Made by a program: the position numbers and the translations under genes | DNA from: Magallana gigas | Lineage: Eukaryota | DNA length: 64,000 nt | Reading direction: 5' to 3' | NCBI RefSeq assembly: GCF_963853765.1 | Contig: NC_088859.1 | Location: 50,220,001-50,284,000 of the forward strand | Notes under the pieces: model-generated | Database searches by the model: none | What the model was told of the DNA's origin: nothing | The model's input: only the letters and a program-made list of their open reading frames with translations | Shown: positions 33,667 through 45,868 of the stretch, in pieces | Position numbering within the stretch: position 1 is the stretch's first letter | Layout of the letters: each line of letters opens with the position of its first letter

Positions 33667-36600
33667 TTACGGCGGAAGATGACAGTTAGGATCTTTTAAA
33701 CAGTTCCTCCAGAATTCCCGCTGTTGCTTCACCCAGATGGCGTTATAGCATCGGTATATGGGACAACAGGCACCTGAGACTCGCCTGTAGCACTCCAGTC
33801 CTACAAGAGAGAGCACGTGTCGTAACAATACTTAGCAATGCACACAACACGAAACACTGAAACTGGAGGCTATGAAGTATAATACTGTATGTACTTTGTA
33901 TTCCATTGATACATGTAGGATTTCAAAAAAAAAAATCATTGACATGAATCAGAGAGTACGCTTGTATATTTAAAAGAAAAACCAAACTTGTCCTCACGGC
34001 AAATAATGAAAGGAGCGTGAATTTTTATATTGACATTACATTCTGACCAACGTCGAAAATCTATGGTAGTTCTCGCTTCTATTTAATGTTACACCATTTT
34101 ATCTTATGGATCGTTAATACAGAATCATTTCTAAAATATGATTTTTTGTTCAAAGAAGGATATACGCAGTTCGTTGTTTTATACATTTTTTTTAAGGAGA
34201 AAGTGGAAAATCTGTTTTGTTTTAGAATTATTGCTTTACATTTCTTCTCTATAAGACACGTCGTTTTAAAAAATTCTATCCATAAGTTTGAAAAATATGA
34301 ACTAAAGATGCGTTTTATTTTCAATTATAATTTAATTATTAAAAAAATCAAAACGTCTTATTGACTTTGAACATGATTTATTAGATGCTAATATCCTGCA
34401 TTTATTCACACCATTTCAGTCTCACCAGTGTGTTACATTCAACCAAAACAGATTCATTTATTTCAATCTCAAAACCACTTAAGAATGGTATAAAGAGACT
34501 ATAAAATACATAAACTTTTGAAATTTTCTTATTAAATAATAACAGCATACGTGAAAATACAAGTATGAAGAGAGGTAGCCTCATGTTTTAATAGACATGA
34601 AGTATAGAAACTACTGGGGGGGGGGGGGGGGGGGGGCAGGGGGGCATATTTTGTGTATTTTCCAAATAAATGAACATACTTTTCTTTAAAAACAGTGTTT
34701 ACTGTTAGACATTATATGTTCAAAACTAAAAGTATTATTCATTTCGGTATAACTTTAATTGAAATAAATGAATCTAAATCTAATAAAAGTATCAAAAGAA
34801 AATTCATATAAAATAATTCGGAGCATATATTATCCCTCTCTGAACAACGAACTCGTGTTCTAGAAATTATACTTCAGCGATTTATAAAATAAAATGTCGA
34901 AGTAACATTCCACCTTTAGTGCTATTAGAGAAGCGAGACTGACCGTGGGTTTCTGTAGACGGATTCTGACAAACCTGGGGCACACTTGCAGTAATTTGGA
35001 TCACACTCTTCATTTTCATAGGCTAGCTGCGAGGAACATTCTCCTGTGGTCTCAAACGATGGAAAGAGCCCTGAAATTATTAAAGGGGAGGGGATACACA
35101 CGATTGAAACCCAAAATTTTCATATTCCATTTTTTCCATTGAAAACTACCTTCAAGATTTCTAGTTCAAATCGGTTCCATGTTCCTTTAATTTTGGATGT
35201 TGAAATCAAAGCTTAAGACTCCGCCGAAGCACTAATTTTCTAAGCTAAAGTCCTTCACCTAAAAACAGTACCATAATAATGACCTTGCACCCGAACTAAT
35301 AATGAATTATCCAGAGTTGGTACATTCATTTAATCCAAGATATAATAAGTGTTTTACGGTGGCATTAGGTACTTGGATATATAAAGGTGAATGAAACTAC
35401 TTCATATTTTAGATTAATCACCGCTTTTATTTGAAATTTTTCAATGTTTGACCATATATGTTAGTTTTAAGTAAGGTAAGAATTTTAAATGCCCAAGCAG
35501 GTTTCGAACTCATGACTTGTACATATCCTTTTGTGCTATGTTCGCCGTTGACCAATGAATTGCACAAAGCTACTATAATAAAATGATCCAAAAATAAAGC
35601 AAGTTACGACCATATCGCACCTAGCTAGGTCCTGTAGGTGTAGGTGTATTTGTGTAAGACCACGGCCTATGTTGATGCCAATGTTGATGCAATGTGGATG
35701 ATCGACGTCTATATACCCTTTCCCAATGTTTTGCTTCCACCACTTTTCTCTTAATATTCGATCATCATAAATACCTTTGTGCTCAAACTACGTTCATCCA
35801 CTAATACAAAAAATGTCCAGTTTATCTGCTTTGAAACGCCCCCTCTGCCGCTTCTGCAGGTTTTAATATACAACCCAAAATAGAAAGTCAACGGGGTTTA
35901 GCATTACATCAGCCATGATATAGCCCGGATGATAACGTTTGTGAGGTATTTCAAGTGTGTTCCGAATGGTGAAAAGATGCAAACATTTCCCATTATAAAT
36001 CTTCTTAAGAAATTTGTGTTCGTTCCTGTGAACTTTTATAAATAGAAAATGATAACGTGTCAATGAAGATATCTTTGATATTTTCCCTTTTATCGATTTC
36101 AACTGTATTTCTTTCCAAAGTATGTGTATTTTTATTAAAAACCATCAGAAAGTGATGGAAGCAATGACCGACTATAGCTGTGACGAAACCTACCCTCTTG
36201 TGGAGGGAGTGTGTCCCCGCGGCTGTTCCTACAACACTTCGCTGTATACGGACAGTCTGAGGGTGACTGACAGGTCTGGGCTCCCACCCTCCATGTGATC
36301 AAAAACAAAACCTGCAATTTCAAAACAGAAATACTACTTAATAGCTTAGATTGAGAATATGAAGATTTACCACTTGCGACACATTCCACGCATTGGACAC
36401 GATCGAGGGCTAGGGTTAGACGACGCAGTTAAAGATGAGACGTTGAATGAGCTCACGTGGAAGCAAGGGTAAACCATGGGGCGTTCGACCACTCCTCCGA
36501 TACCTTTCTTGTTTAATGTATTAATAATATTAACAAATTATGATTCTGCAATAACATCTACAGAAATTCGTAATAAGTTCCGTGGTCAACAGAGGCTTGG

Positions 36601-37032
36601 AGACAGAAAATTAGAATTGGTAATATATGTCAATATTTGTGTATAACACTGAAAGCTAACCCGAAACACCCCTGTTTCGGTCTTAATTAAAATGATCCAA
36701 TTATGATTTTGATCACTAGTAGTTTGGCGAGAATGAAGAAAGTTTAAGCTCACTGCAAGTATAGTTAGTCAGCCATTGAATCACGTTTTAACTTAATTAG
36801 AAACGCATATGTTCCATTTCGGTTATTAACAACACAGAAATACATTACCACTAACAACCGGGCCCCTGTTAGAGCATGTGATGATGATGCATGTACTTAT
36901 AATCTTAAAACTCTCGGCTTTGCCAAAAAGTTACCGACCGTGATGCAAATCCTAATATTGATCATTTATGTGTAGTTATATACACTCTAAAATTTAACAA
37001 AAAATGGTAATTACCAAAAGACAATAATACAT
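33667..37032 (-). CDS. Small secreted 14-Cys protein, prokineticin/astakine-like (paralog 1), 121 aa
   Basis: Exons 37032-37015, 36311-36194, 35070-34975 and 33800-33667 give MYYCLLVLFLITWRVGAQTCQSPSDCPYTAKCCRNSRGDTLPPQEGLFPSFETTGECSSQLAYENEECDPNYCKCAPGLECYRRVSGACCPIYRCYNAIWVKQQREFWRNCLKDPNCHLPP*. Exon sizes and phases match the paralogs. The gene model is strong; the family call is inference. Confidence 0.85.
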
Positions 37033-38243
37033 CTCCTTTCCAATGGAAGTCGCACTTGAATCGTCTACATTGACAACCAGATTAATGGAAATCCACACTG
37101 TATAATATACTAGTATACACAGTTTGAGAACCAAAATCATCATCTGTCAACGGAAAAGTCACATTATACTAATGACTTGCGTCATGCGATAGATCTTTGG
37201 TTGGTTAGCTTACCTGAGCCACAGACCCCAGTGGCCTTCTCTGCATTTTCTGTTGTTGTCTATGATGTTATTTTTATTGTGTAAGGTGAAATATATTCTC
37301 AGAAACCCCTGAGCCAATTTTAACCAAAAGTCACACAAAACAGCATTAAATTTTCAAAATTATTTAAATGAAAGATTATACTTCCTTACAAGATCTAAAA
37401 AAACAGAAAAGAAGATGTGCTTGTTTTAAAACATTTATCTCTCTGTGAAACATCAAAACCTTTGAATTGTAGTCTTTTCGGAACATAAAACATATTCAAA
37501 CCTTGCGCAAGTTACGTGTGATTGTAGTGTTAGTGGTTAGAAGAGCGACCAATAAGGTTTATTTTATAATTATAACTTTCACTGACGAGGACGACGACCT
37601 ACTTTGACATCTTTATTTGGGTGGCAACTATGTAAGGAGTACAGTCATAATTGAGGACAATTTAACGTTCTGTTTATATCAGTCATCTTATAGACAGAAA
37701 TGGGTAAAAAATATCAAACTGGCTTAAGCTACTTTTACATTTAACATCATATAAATAAAAGTGCATGCATCTCCCCATGCTATTTTATAATGTTGATATT
37801 CTTTTCCTTTTTTTTAATTGCGTCCCTCTATTTTCATAGTGTAAGTCAGCGATTTTCGTAAAAGTCCATCATGCAATTAGGGTCAAGTTAAGCACACTTG
37901 CACAGGTAAGTGACGTGGCTCAAGGGCCTGTTTTACGTTAATCATTAGTTTACATATTGTGTATATCATTGCCATACATCTAAATATCATCACAGTCCGA
38001 ACCTTTCAATTTGTTAATGTCAATGACATGCATATTTTCCTTATTATTTTTTCGCCGAGAAATCAACAACTATTCAAAATAAGAAGGAATAGGGAATTCT
38101 GTTTAGAACTGCAGCAGATATATGAATGATCATGATAAACCTGAATAAATAATAGGACACGAATGTCCATTTACTCTATAGTTGTTATCTGTTGACAACG
38201 AACTGATAAGGTAAAAGTCAAATACTCTCAGTCGGATAGCAGC

Positions 38244-41200
38244 ATGTACGGTCTTTTTGTGGTAATTGCTTAATATGCACTAATTATCATTTAATGTTTC
38301 ATTACAGTCACTTACTTATGGCTGTTTTATCCGATGTCCCTTTGGCAGGTGCTTGTTGCTGTAGTAGCCACTGCTGCCACACAGAGTTGTCATTTCGGAT
38401 CGCACTGCCCGTCCTCGGCCACATGCTGTAGGAACAGTCTCGGAGAAGCACTTGTTGATTCCCCGGGATTCGGACATTTTGGTAAGTTTCCAAATGCACA
38501 TCGAACTTTCCCCCATGGACCTGGATATTTCGAGTAATTTAAAATTTTCAAACGTTCGTCGGACTTTTTTTTTTTGGTATTCTGACATTTGGGTAAGTCT
38601 AAAATTTAAAACGAACGTCGGAATTTCCCAAGCACTTTTAAAAACCTTCATGGTATGCACAGTAAAATTGAAGCAATTCTTATTAAACCTTGAGAGTTTA
38701 AACGATTAAATAAATCAAAAATCAATATTTCTCCTATAAATCCATGGGGCTTTATGATAGATTTGATCCCGGCTGACCATAATTATCACCTCATGATATT
38801 CAACGAATGATTTTTTATTACTTCTATTCATATAACTTTTAGCAATTGTTGACATTTATACGTGTTATTTTCCATTTAAACAATTGTGTAAACCCCGTTT
38901 GCACCCTCAGACAGTAAGTCATTTGCGCCATTCATGAAATGCATTGGAATAATAGATACGTCCCAAGTTTGATTCGTAGCGTTATCACAGACAAACACAC
39001 TGGAAAAATGTAAATAGCACTATCAACAGCTTTATACAACACCCCATCGCGTTACCCCAATTATATACAACAGAACGTCGCGCTAACGCAACGTTATACA
39101 ACACACCACTGCACTTACCAAATTATGTACATCACACTCTAGCGTTACCACAACTTCATACAACAGACAATCGCTATCACAACTATAATACAACACAATC
39201 ACATCGTCATTCTAACACAACTACAAACAACACAACACGATAATACAACGTTTCACGAATGCGCTGTCACGATATCGTTGTATTGAATAGTTCAGTGGTG
39301 TGTTGTGTTAGATATGACAGCAGGCGAATGTGTAGCAGCGCAATAACGTGTTGCACGATAGAACGTTTTTTAAATTTTTGCTATTGCGACCACATGTGAT
39401 ATAAAGTTTCATTATACTATCATGCCAAATAGCGAAATCTGATTGATTTAGACGCAGTTTATAATCTGTCCTATTACACGCAGTGTTAGCAACACACTTA
39501 GCAACGTGTAACACTATGTTATACTTTCATGTTAAATACTGAAATCTGATTGGTTAAGACGCAGTTCATAATCCTTTCTATTACCCTCAGCGTTAGCAAC
39601 GCACTTAGCAACGGGTAACATTAAAAATTGTTACATGCGCGAAAATTATGCGCGTACGATTCGCTGTAGAATTCACGCTATTCCTATATAAAAGAAGTGA
39701 AATTTTCTTTAAAATTAAGACATTCAGTATAACAAAATAAATAGTGCCTGTTTGGGAGGATAACAGTTGAAATTGACAACCCTCGAAAACCATTGTCAAC
39801 CTCCGCTTCGCGTCGGTTGACAATGGTTATCTCGGGGTGTCAATTTCAACTGTTACCCTCCCAAACAGGCACTATTTATATAGTGTTACACGTTGCTAAA
39901 TGTGTTGCTAACGCTGAGGGTAATAGAAAGGATTATGAACTGCGTCTTAACCAATCAGATTTCAGTATTTAACATGAAAGTATAACAAAACGAATTGTTA
40001 CATGCCCGTAAATTATGCGCATACGGTTCGCTGTAGAATATAAAAACAGTAATTTTTTTGATTAAAAGGCATTCAGCATAATAAAACAACTAGTGCCTGT
40101 TTGGGAAGGTAATAGTTGAAATTGACACCCCTCGAAAACCATGGTCAACCGACGCGAAGTGAAGGTTGACAATGGTTTTCTCGGGGGTATCAATTTCAAC
40201 TGTTACCGTCCCAAACAGGCATTATTTATATATTGTTATACTTTCATGTTAAATACTGAAATCTGATTGGTTAAGACGCAGTTCATAATATTTTCTATTA
40301 CCCTCAGCGTTAGCAACGCACTTAGCAACGGGTAACATTAAAAATTGTTACATGCGCGAAAATTATGCGCGTACGGTTCGCTGTAGAATTCACGTTATTC
40401 CTATATAAAAGCAGTAAAATTTTCTTAAAATTTTTAAAAAAGACATTCAGTATAACAAAATAAATAGTGCCTGTTTGGGAGGATAACAGTTGAAATTGAC
40501 ACCCCTCGAAAACCATTGTCAACCTCCGCTTCGCGTCGGTTGACAATGGTTTTCTCGGGGTGTCAATTTCAACTGTTACCCTCCCAAACAGGCACTATTT
40601 ATATAGTGTTAGCGTGACGGCGTGTTGTGTAACTGCATTGACATGCTTGTTTTTCTTATCGCGCGTTGATCTGACCCAAATGGTCCTATCCGTAAAAAAA
40701 TGTTTGTCGTGTCAGAAGTTTGTGAAACTGGCTTTTATTTTGAATTGTCTTTAAAACAACGCTTAACTTGAAGCCTGGTGATACCGTATCTTGCATTGAT
40801 GAACCGACTCTCTCACGTTACCGTTAATAATTTTTTACATTGTTACAGGCGGTATCTCTTTAACAGACCGATCAGGACAATGCACATCTCAACTGTCACG
40901 TGAACACCAGATTTGTGACTCACATTGTCATTGTGAACCAGGTTTGTTACTTCTCATATTTTTTACTTCACTACATTGTTTAGAAATCCTGTAATATCGA
41001 AACGTCGTATGTAACCGGTCTGTTGTTGTATCACCCATATTTATTGTCGAATATGGCTCGTTCGGAAGGTTAACTTTATTGCAGAAAAGGCCAAGACGAT
41101 AGTATTTAATGTATAATGCCTCTTTTTTAGGTTACGAATGCTATACTCCCATGTCTGGGGTGTGTTGTCCGCCAGCTCGCTGCTACAACGCCACCTGGGT

Positions 41201-41264
41201 ACAACAACAGAAGGATTACTGGCAAAAGTGTATGGCAGACCCACACTGTGCTCTGCCGCCTTAA
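38244..41264 (+). CDS. Small secreted 14-Cys protein, prokineticin/astakine-like (paralog 2), 125 aa
   Basis: Exons 38244-38261, 38349-38481, 40849-40941 and 41131-41264 give MYGLFVVLVAVVATAATQSCHFGSHCPSSATCCRNSLGEALVDSPGFGHFGGISLTDRSGQCTSQLSREHQICDSHCHCEPGYECYTPMSGVCCPPARCYNATWVQQQKDYWQKCMADPHCALPP*. Confidence 0.87.
39519..40605. repeat. Array of three ~140-bp palindromes separated by ~210-bp units, partly in alternating orientation
   Basis: Palindrome ATAGTGCCTGTTTGGGAGG...CCTCCCAAACAGGCACTAT at ~39737-39879, ~40090-40229 and ~40460-40602. Spacer motif CTGATTGGTTAAGACGCAG is forward at ~39546 and ~40263 and reversed at ~39941-39959. Confidence 0.85.
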
Positions 41265-43478
41265 TGGGTGTATAATAAAGAAATAGAACTGTTTCTATAA
41301 GAGAAGAATCAGTTAAACAGTGTCGCGTTTTAGATAAAAGAAACATATATTCATTAAAGAATAAAATTAAATAAAATTATTCATGATCTAACAGGAAAAC
41401 ACCTATAAACACCCCTCTCTCTCTTAGCTTTTTTTTGTTGGATATTGCGACATACATTCACGATGAAGATCTGTTGAGTACAGCAGTGGTGCTGATATCC
41501 AGGTCTACAAATAGAACGTGTTGGTCTCAATATGTATCTAAGAAGTAAGGATAGCCTGGAAAACTAAAGCACAAACAACCTGACGATTTACGAAATCTTA
41601 CACACAAATGCAGATAAACATATTTTCACAGTGGCGTTGTGGAATTTTGTATGTTTCTGAGAGTGTTGTCTCTTTAACTTCTATAGACCTAAACGCAGAA
41701 TTGTATGTAAGGTTTTTAAAATGTGTTAGCAAGTTTGAAAATAGTTTGAGCTGCGACTGCAAAATCTATGAAACACTATCCGAGAACTTCAGTAATAAAA
41801 ATAAAACGATAGGAAGAAGCTTTTATGAAAGGAGAAGGTGGATAAGATGCTTTCATTAATATAATCAGACACTGAAAAAATATCAACATATCCGATTGTT
41901 TTCATCATTCCCAAGAATATAGTTAACATCAAATCGATTTGTTGCCCTTAAAAACTTCAATAATTTGAATTTATATGATTCGAACTAGTGTATGCGTATC
42001 ATAATCTTCAAAAGAGTTATTTTCTATAGAACTTCAGTGCCTTTCATCTTATAGAGTGGATCTGTGGTTCATATTTTTGTCATAGTTTAATTAATGTTAT
42101 ATGAAAAACGACCCATTTTCAATAAAAAAAAACGTAGGGTGATGACCCACTATACATAAGAGATATCACTTAGAGAATCCCAACAATTGAAAATGATGAT
42201 GTCCGTAAACTCATGACCAAAATCGCAAATTGCATTTAAATAAACTACATTATTGACTGAAATCGCTTAGTGACCAGACATTTCATAACCTTGTAGGAAA
42301 TGGTTTTTTATGTTGAGGGCTTGGTACCATCAGGCATTTTTTTTCCTTCGTGTTTTTTATTTTACGATTAACGAATGGACACTTGCACCATATAATTCGA
42401 TCATCGTCTTGATAATTAACGGCAATGACGTTAGAATTAATATTGGAGATGGTTTTTATTCTTGAATATAACAAACCCCTAAAACAATGTGTTTTTTGCA
42501 AAATCTTTTGGTCATAAACTGTATATAAACATAAAACGTCGTCAAATTCTAACACATTCTTTTGGACGGAATGAGATAGTTCGTATAAATTATGAAAAAA
42601 AAGTGCTTGATAATTAATTGAGGATGTGAATTTTTATTCGCTTAATCCTCAATGATCAAGCCAGACAATCAACAGGAACATATTTTAAATATAAAAATGT
42701 AGTTCTTTCCGCAACACCATGTGAAGAATTACATCAAAATTTGTACACCAGTTTTTGTTTACAAGACGATTTTAGAACTAATTCAGAACAACGGCAGATA
42801 CTCCTGTCACATGGCTACACAATTGCCTCTATCGTAAAAGTTGTATTAACTGTATCACAGTTAAAAAAACTACTTGTGACTCTTGTTTTTTGTTTCTGTT
42901 TTTTGCAAACAAGTGATAATGAAATTTTTGCGATAAAAAGTACTTATGCCTATGTGAAACTTTCGGCATCAAACCAGGCATATAGATGTTTATTACAATA
43001 TTGTATTTTCCCCAATCAATAGACTGGTCAATTGTTGTAACATGATAATGTAAAAATAGTATATTTTTTTTATTGTAAATGACGACCTTCTCCAAATACA
43101 AACGAAGAACAACATTTCCATCACGACAAAAGTATGTAAATTGTTTCAACTTATTGCTGATATGCTTATAAGCTTGAAGCTGGTTGTTCGCGAAAGAAAG
43201 CGTAAACGTCCACAGTTGGGAATTTTGAAAGTTAAATTTTTGAAAAAAATTGATAAAGAAGCGTTTTTCTTTCACAACAACATAATGAATTTTTGTGTAT
43301 TTATGAAACTTTTAATTCCTAACTATTTTAATCGAGATGCATTGGTGTAACATTTACCGAAATCGATATTGGGACGTAAATTGTATTTGAACATGTTTGA
43401 AATAAAACAAACTCAGTTAAAATGTATTTTGTGCATTCAAAAATGATTTGACAGCATGTTAATGTACATGGGAACAAA

Positions 43479-45868
43479 TTATGGAGGAAGAGGACAATGT
43501 GGATCTCTGAAACAAGTGTCCCAATATTCCCTGTCTTCTCTTACCCAGGTGGCGTTATAACATTGATATGGTATACAACAGACACCCGAGATCGGCCTGT
43601 AGCACTCAAGACCTACAACAGAATAACTGCAAATCAACAAAATATCCAACATTTCATTGAAAAATAAATAATATCAAACTAAAAACGAAGAAATTGGCTT
43701 CAAAGATAACGATTCTGTGGATTGGTTAAGAAAAACACTTTTGTGATTTGCATGACATGGACTCAGGATCAAAGAGATGATTAAGAATTGTATGGTATTG
43801 TCAGTTATGAACTGGATACAGACCTGGTGAACATTCGCAGTACTTTGGGTAACACTGTTCATATTCCCGACCTAGGCGGTAAGAGCATTGGCCTGTGATC
43901 TCGAGTGGTTCTTGCGATCCTGTAATTCATTAAATTTAGTTTTTAAAAGTATTCATCACTCAAATAATGTTAAAATCTCTTTCCTTAAAAACCATAAAAT
44001 ATGGTTTTAAAAATAAAATACCGGAGGAAAACATGCAAATCTTTGTGAAAACATATGAATTAAATTGTATCCAATTTATCGTGTGTTTTCTAACCTCAAG
44101 TCTTGCAGGGTGTTGGAATCTCAACTCGTTGTATAAAAAAATTGTTGTCACACATCTTGAGTTATCATACTATTACTATTACTTATTATATTAAGGGACC
44201 TAGACACGATTTGAAATTTTTATAGTTTTTCATTATGTATGAAACATTTCACTCGGGCAATTGACACGTTTGACCATAATTCAATCATTAGGAGTTTAAT
44301 TACAAGCGAGGTACAGAGGTCAGAACAATTCACCAGCGATAACCATACATAACAAAGAGCGGGATGAAAAGTATAATTTTAATTAGATTGACTTATACCA
44401 ATAAAAGATATATGTAAACTATAACATATCTAAACTCTGTAACTTGCTTGTAACTCGATATTTGACATTCAAATTTTGACATAGCATTTAAATACCCATA
44501 TTAACCATTTTAAACAGTAAAAAAAATATTTGAGCTCAAATTGTGTCTAAGTCCTTTAAACGTTTGTTTCTGAACGTCTAAGAGATTTTACAATTGTTGT
44601 TAAAGTACCTCTTGCAAAGACACCTAGCTGTTACAAATGTTGTTAAGTAACTCTTGCAAAGACACCTAGCTGTTACAATTGTTGTTAAAGTAACTCTTGC
44701 AAAGACACTTAGCTGTTACAATTGTTGTTAAAGTAACTCTTGCAAAGACACCTAACTGTTACAATTATTGTTAAAGTAACTCTTGCAAAGACACCGAGCT
44801 GTTACAAATGTTGTTAAAGTAACTCTTGCAAAGACACCTAGCTGTTACAATTGTTGTTAAAGTAACTCTTGCAAAGACACTTAGCTGTTACAATTGTTGT
44901 TAAAGTAACTCTTGCAAAGACACCTAACTGTTACAATTATTGTTAAAGTAACTCTTGCAAAGACACTTAGCTGTTACAATTGTTGTTAAAGTAACTCTTG
45001 CAAAGACACCTAGCTGTTACAAATGTTGTTAAAGTAACTCTTGCAAAGACACCTAACTGTTACAATTATTGTTAAAGTAACTCTTGCAAAGACACCTAGC
45101 TGTTACAAATGTTGTTAAAGTAACTCTTGCAAAGACACCTAGCTGTTACAAACCCTACCTTCTCTTGGTGGAAGTACATCTCCGTAGCTATTTTTACAGC
45201 ATTTGGCGGACTGTGCACAGTCGGACAGTGATTGGCATGTCTCGGCTTCTGTCCTCCATGTGATCAGAAACAAAACCTGCCCATTCAAAACAGAACAGTT
45301 TATTCCTCTATTTATTTGGTTGTTGTTTACAACATAGGGACAATTACAAACATATACACAGTTTACATTTTATGCGTGAGTAAAGGAAAATAAACAATTG
45401 ATGATTATGTCGTACGATCTTGCAAAATATAAAACACTCATCTAAACTAAATCTTCACATAACGAACCAAAGCTTCTTCATACATTCACTTAATCAGTAG
45501 GCAAACGCTTAATTCGAAATACGCATCAACTGAAAATGCACAAAAAATTACCAATTTACAGCTGCCGCAATAAAAAAAAGTACTGATAAAAAAAATCTGC
45601 AGGTTTGATTTTGCCGCTCATTTATTTTACCACCGAGTTAATACAAAGTGGCTTGTAAACCTATAACAGTAGCTAGACTTCACAATAAAGATAAATTTAA
45701 TGTTCCAGAGCATGTGAGAACGATACATACTGTAGCTTCATATTTTTGTTTTGTCAAAAATTGGTTGCAAATAATACAGAGCCAGCACATACAGAAAGCA
45801 ATTCCAAAATAATAAATATATTAAATATTTGAATAGAATTCAATAATTACCAGAAGACTGTAGAACAT
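43479..45868 (-). CDS. Small secreted 14-Cys protein, prokineticin/astakine-like (paralog 3), 121 aa
   Basis: Exons 45868-45851, 45276-45159, 43919-43824 and 43612-43479 give MFYSLLVLFLITWRTEAETCQSLSDCAQSAKCCKNSYGDVLPPREGSQEPLEITGQCSYRLGREYEQCYPKYCECSPGLECYRPISGVCCIPYQCYNATWVREDREYWDTCFRDPHCPLPP*. Confidence 0.87.
44587..45150. repeat. 43-bp minisatellite, ~13 copies, in intron 2 of paralog 3
   Basis: Unit AGCTGTTACAATTGTTGTTAAAGTAACTCTTGCAAAGACACCT repeated head-to-tail with few variants and no spacers. Confidence 0.95.

Noticed and set aside
36371-36393. Alternative first exon for paralog 1 (ATGCGTGG...AAGTG|GTAAAT)
   Set aside because: Wrong phase and only a 59-nt intron. The 18-nt exon at 37032-37015 matches the paralogs exactly.
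44587-45150. CRISPR-like appearance of the 43-bp repeat
   Set aside because: The units are contiguous with no unique spacers, there are no cas genes, and the context is a eukaryotic intron.
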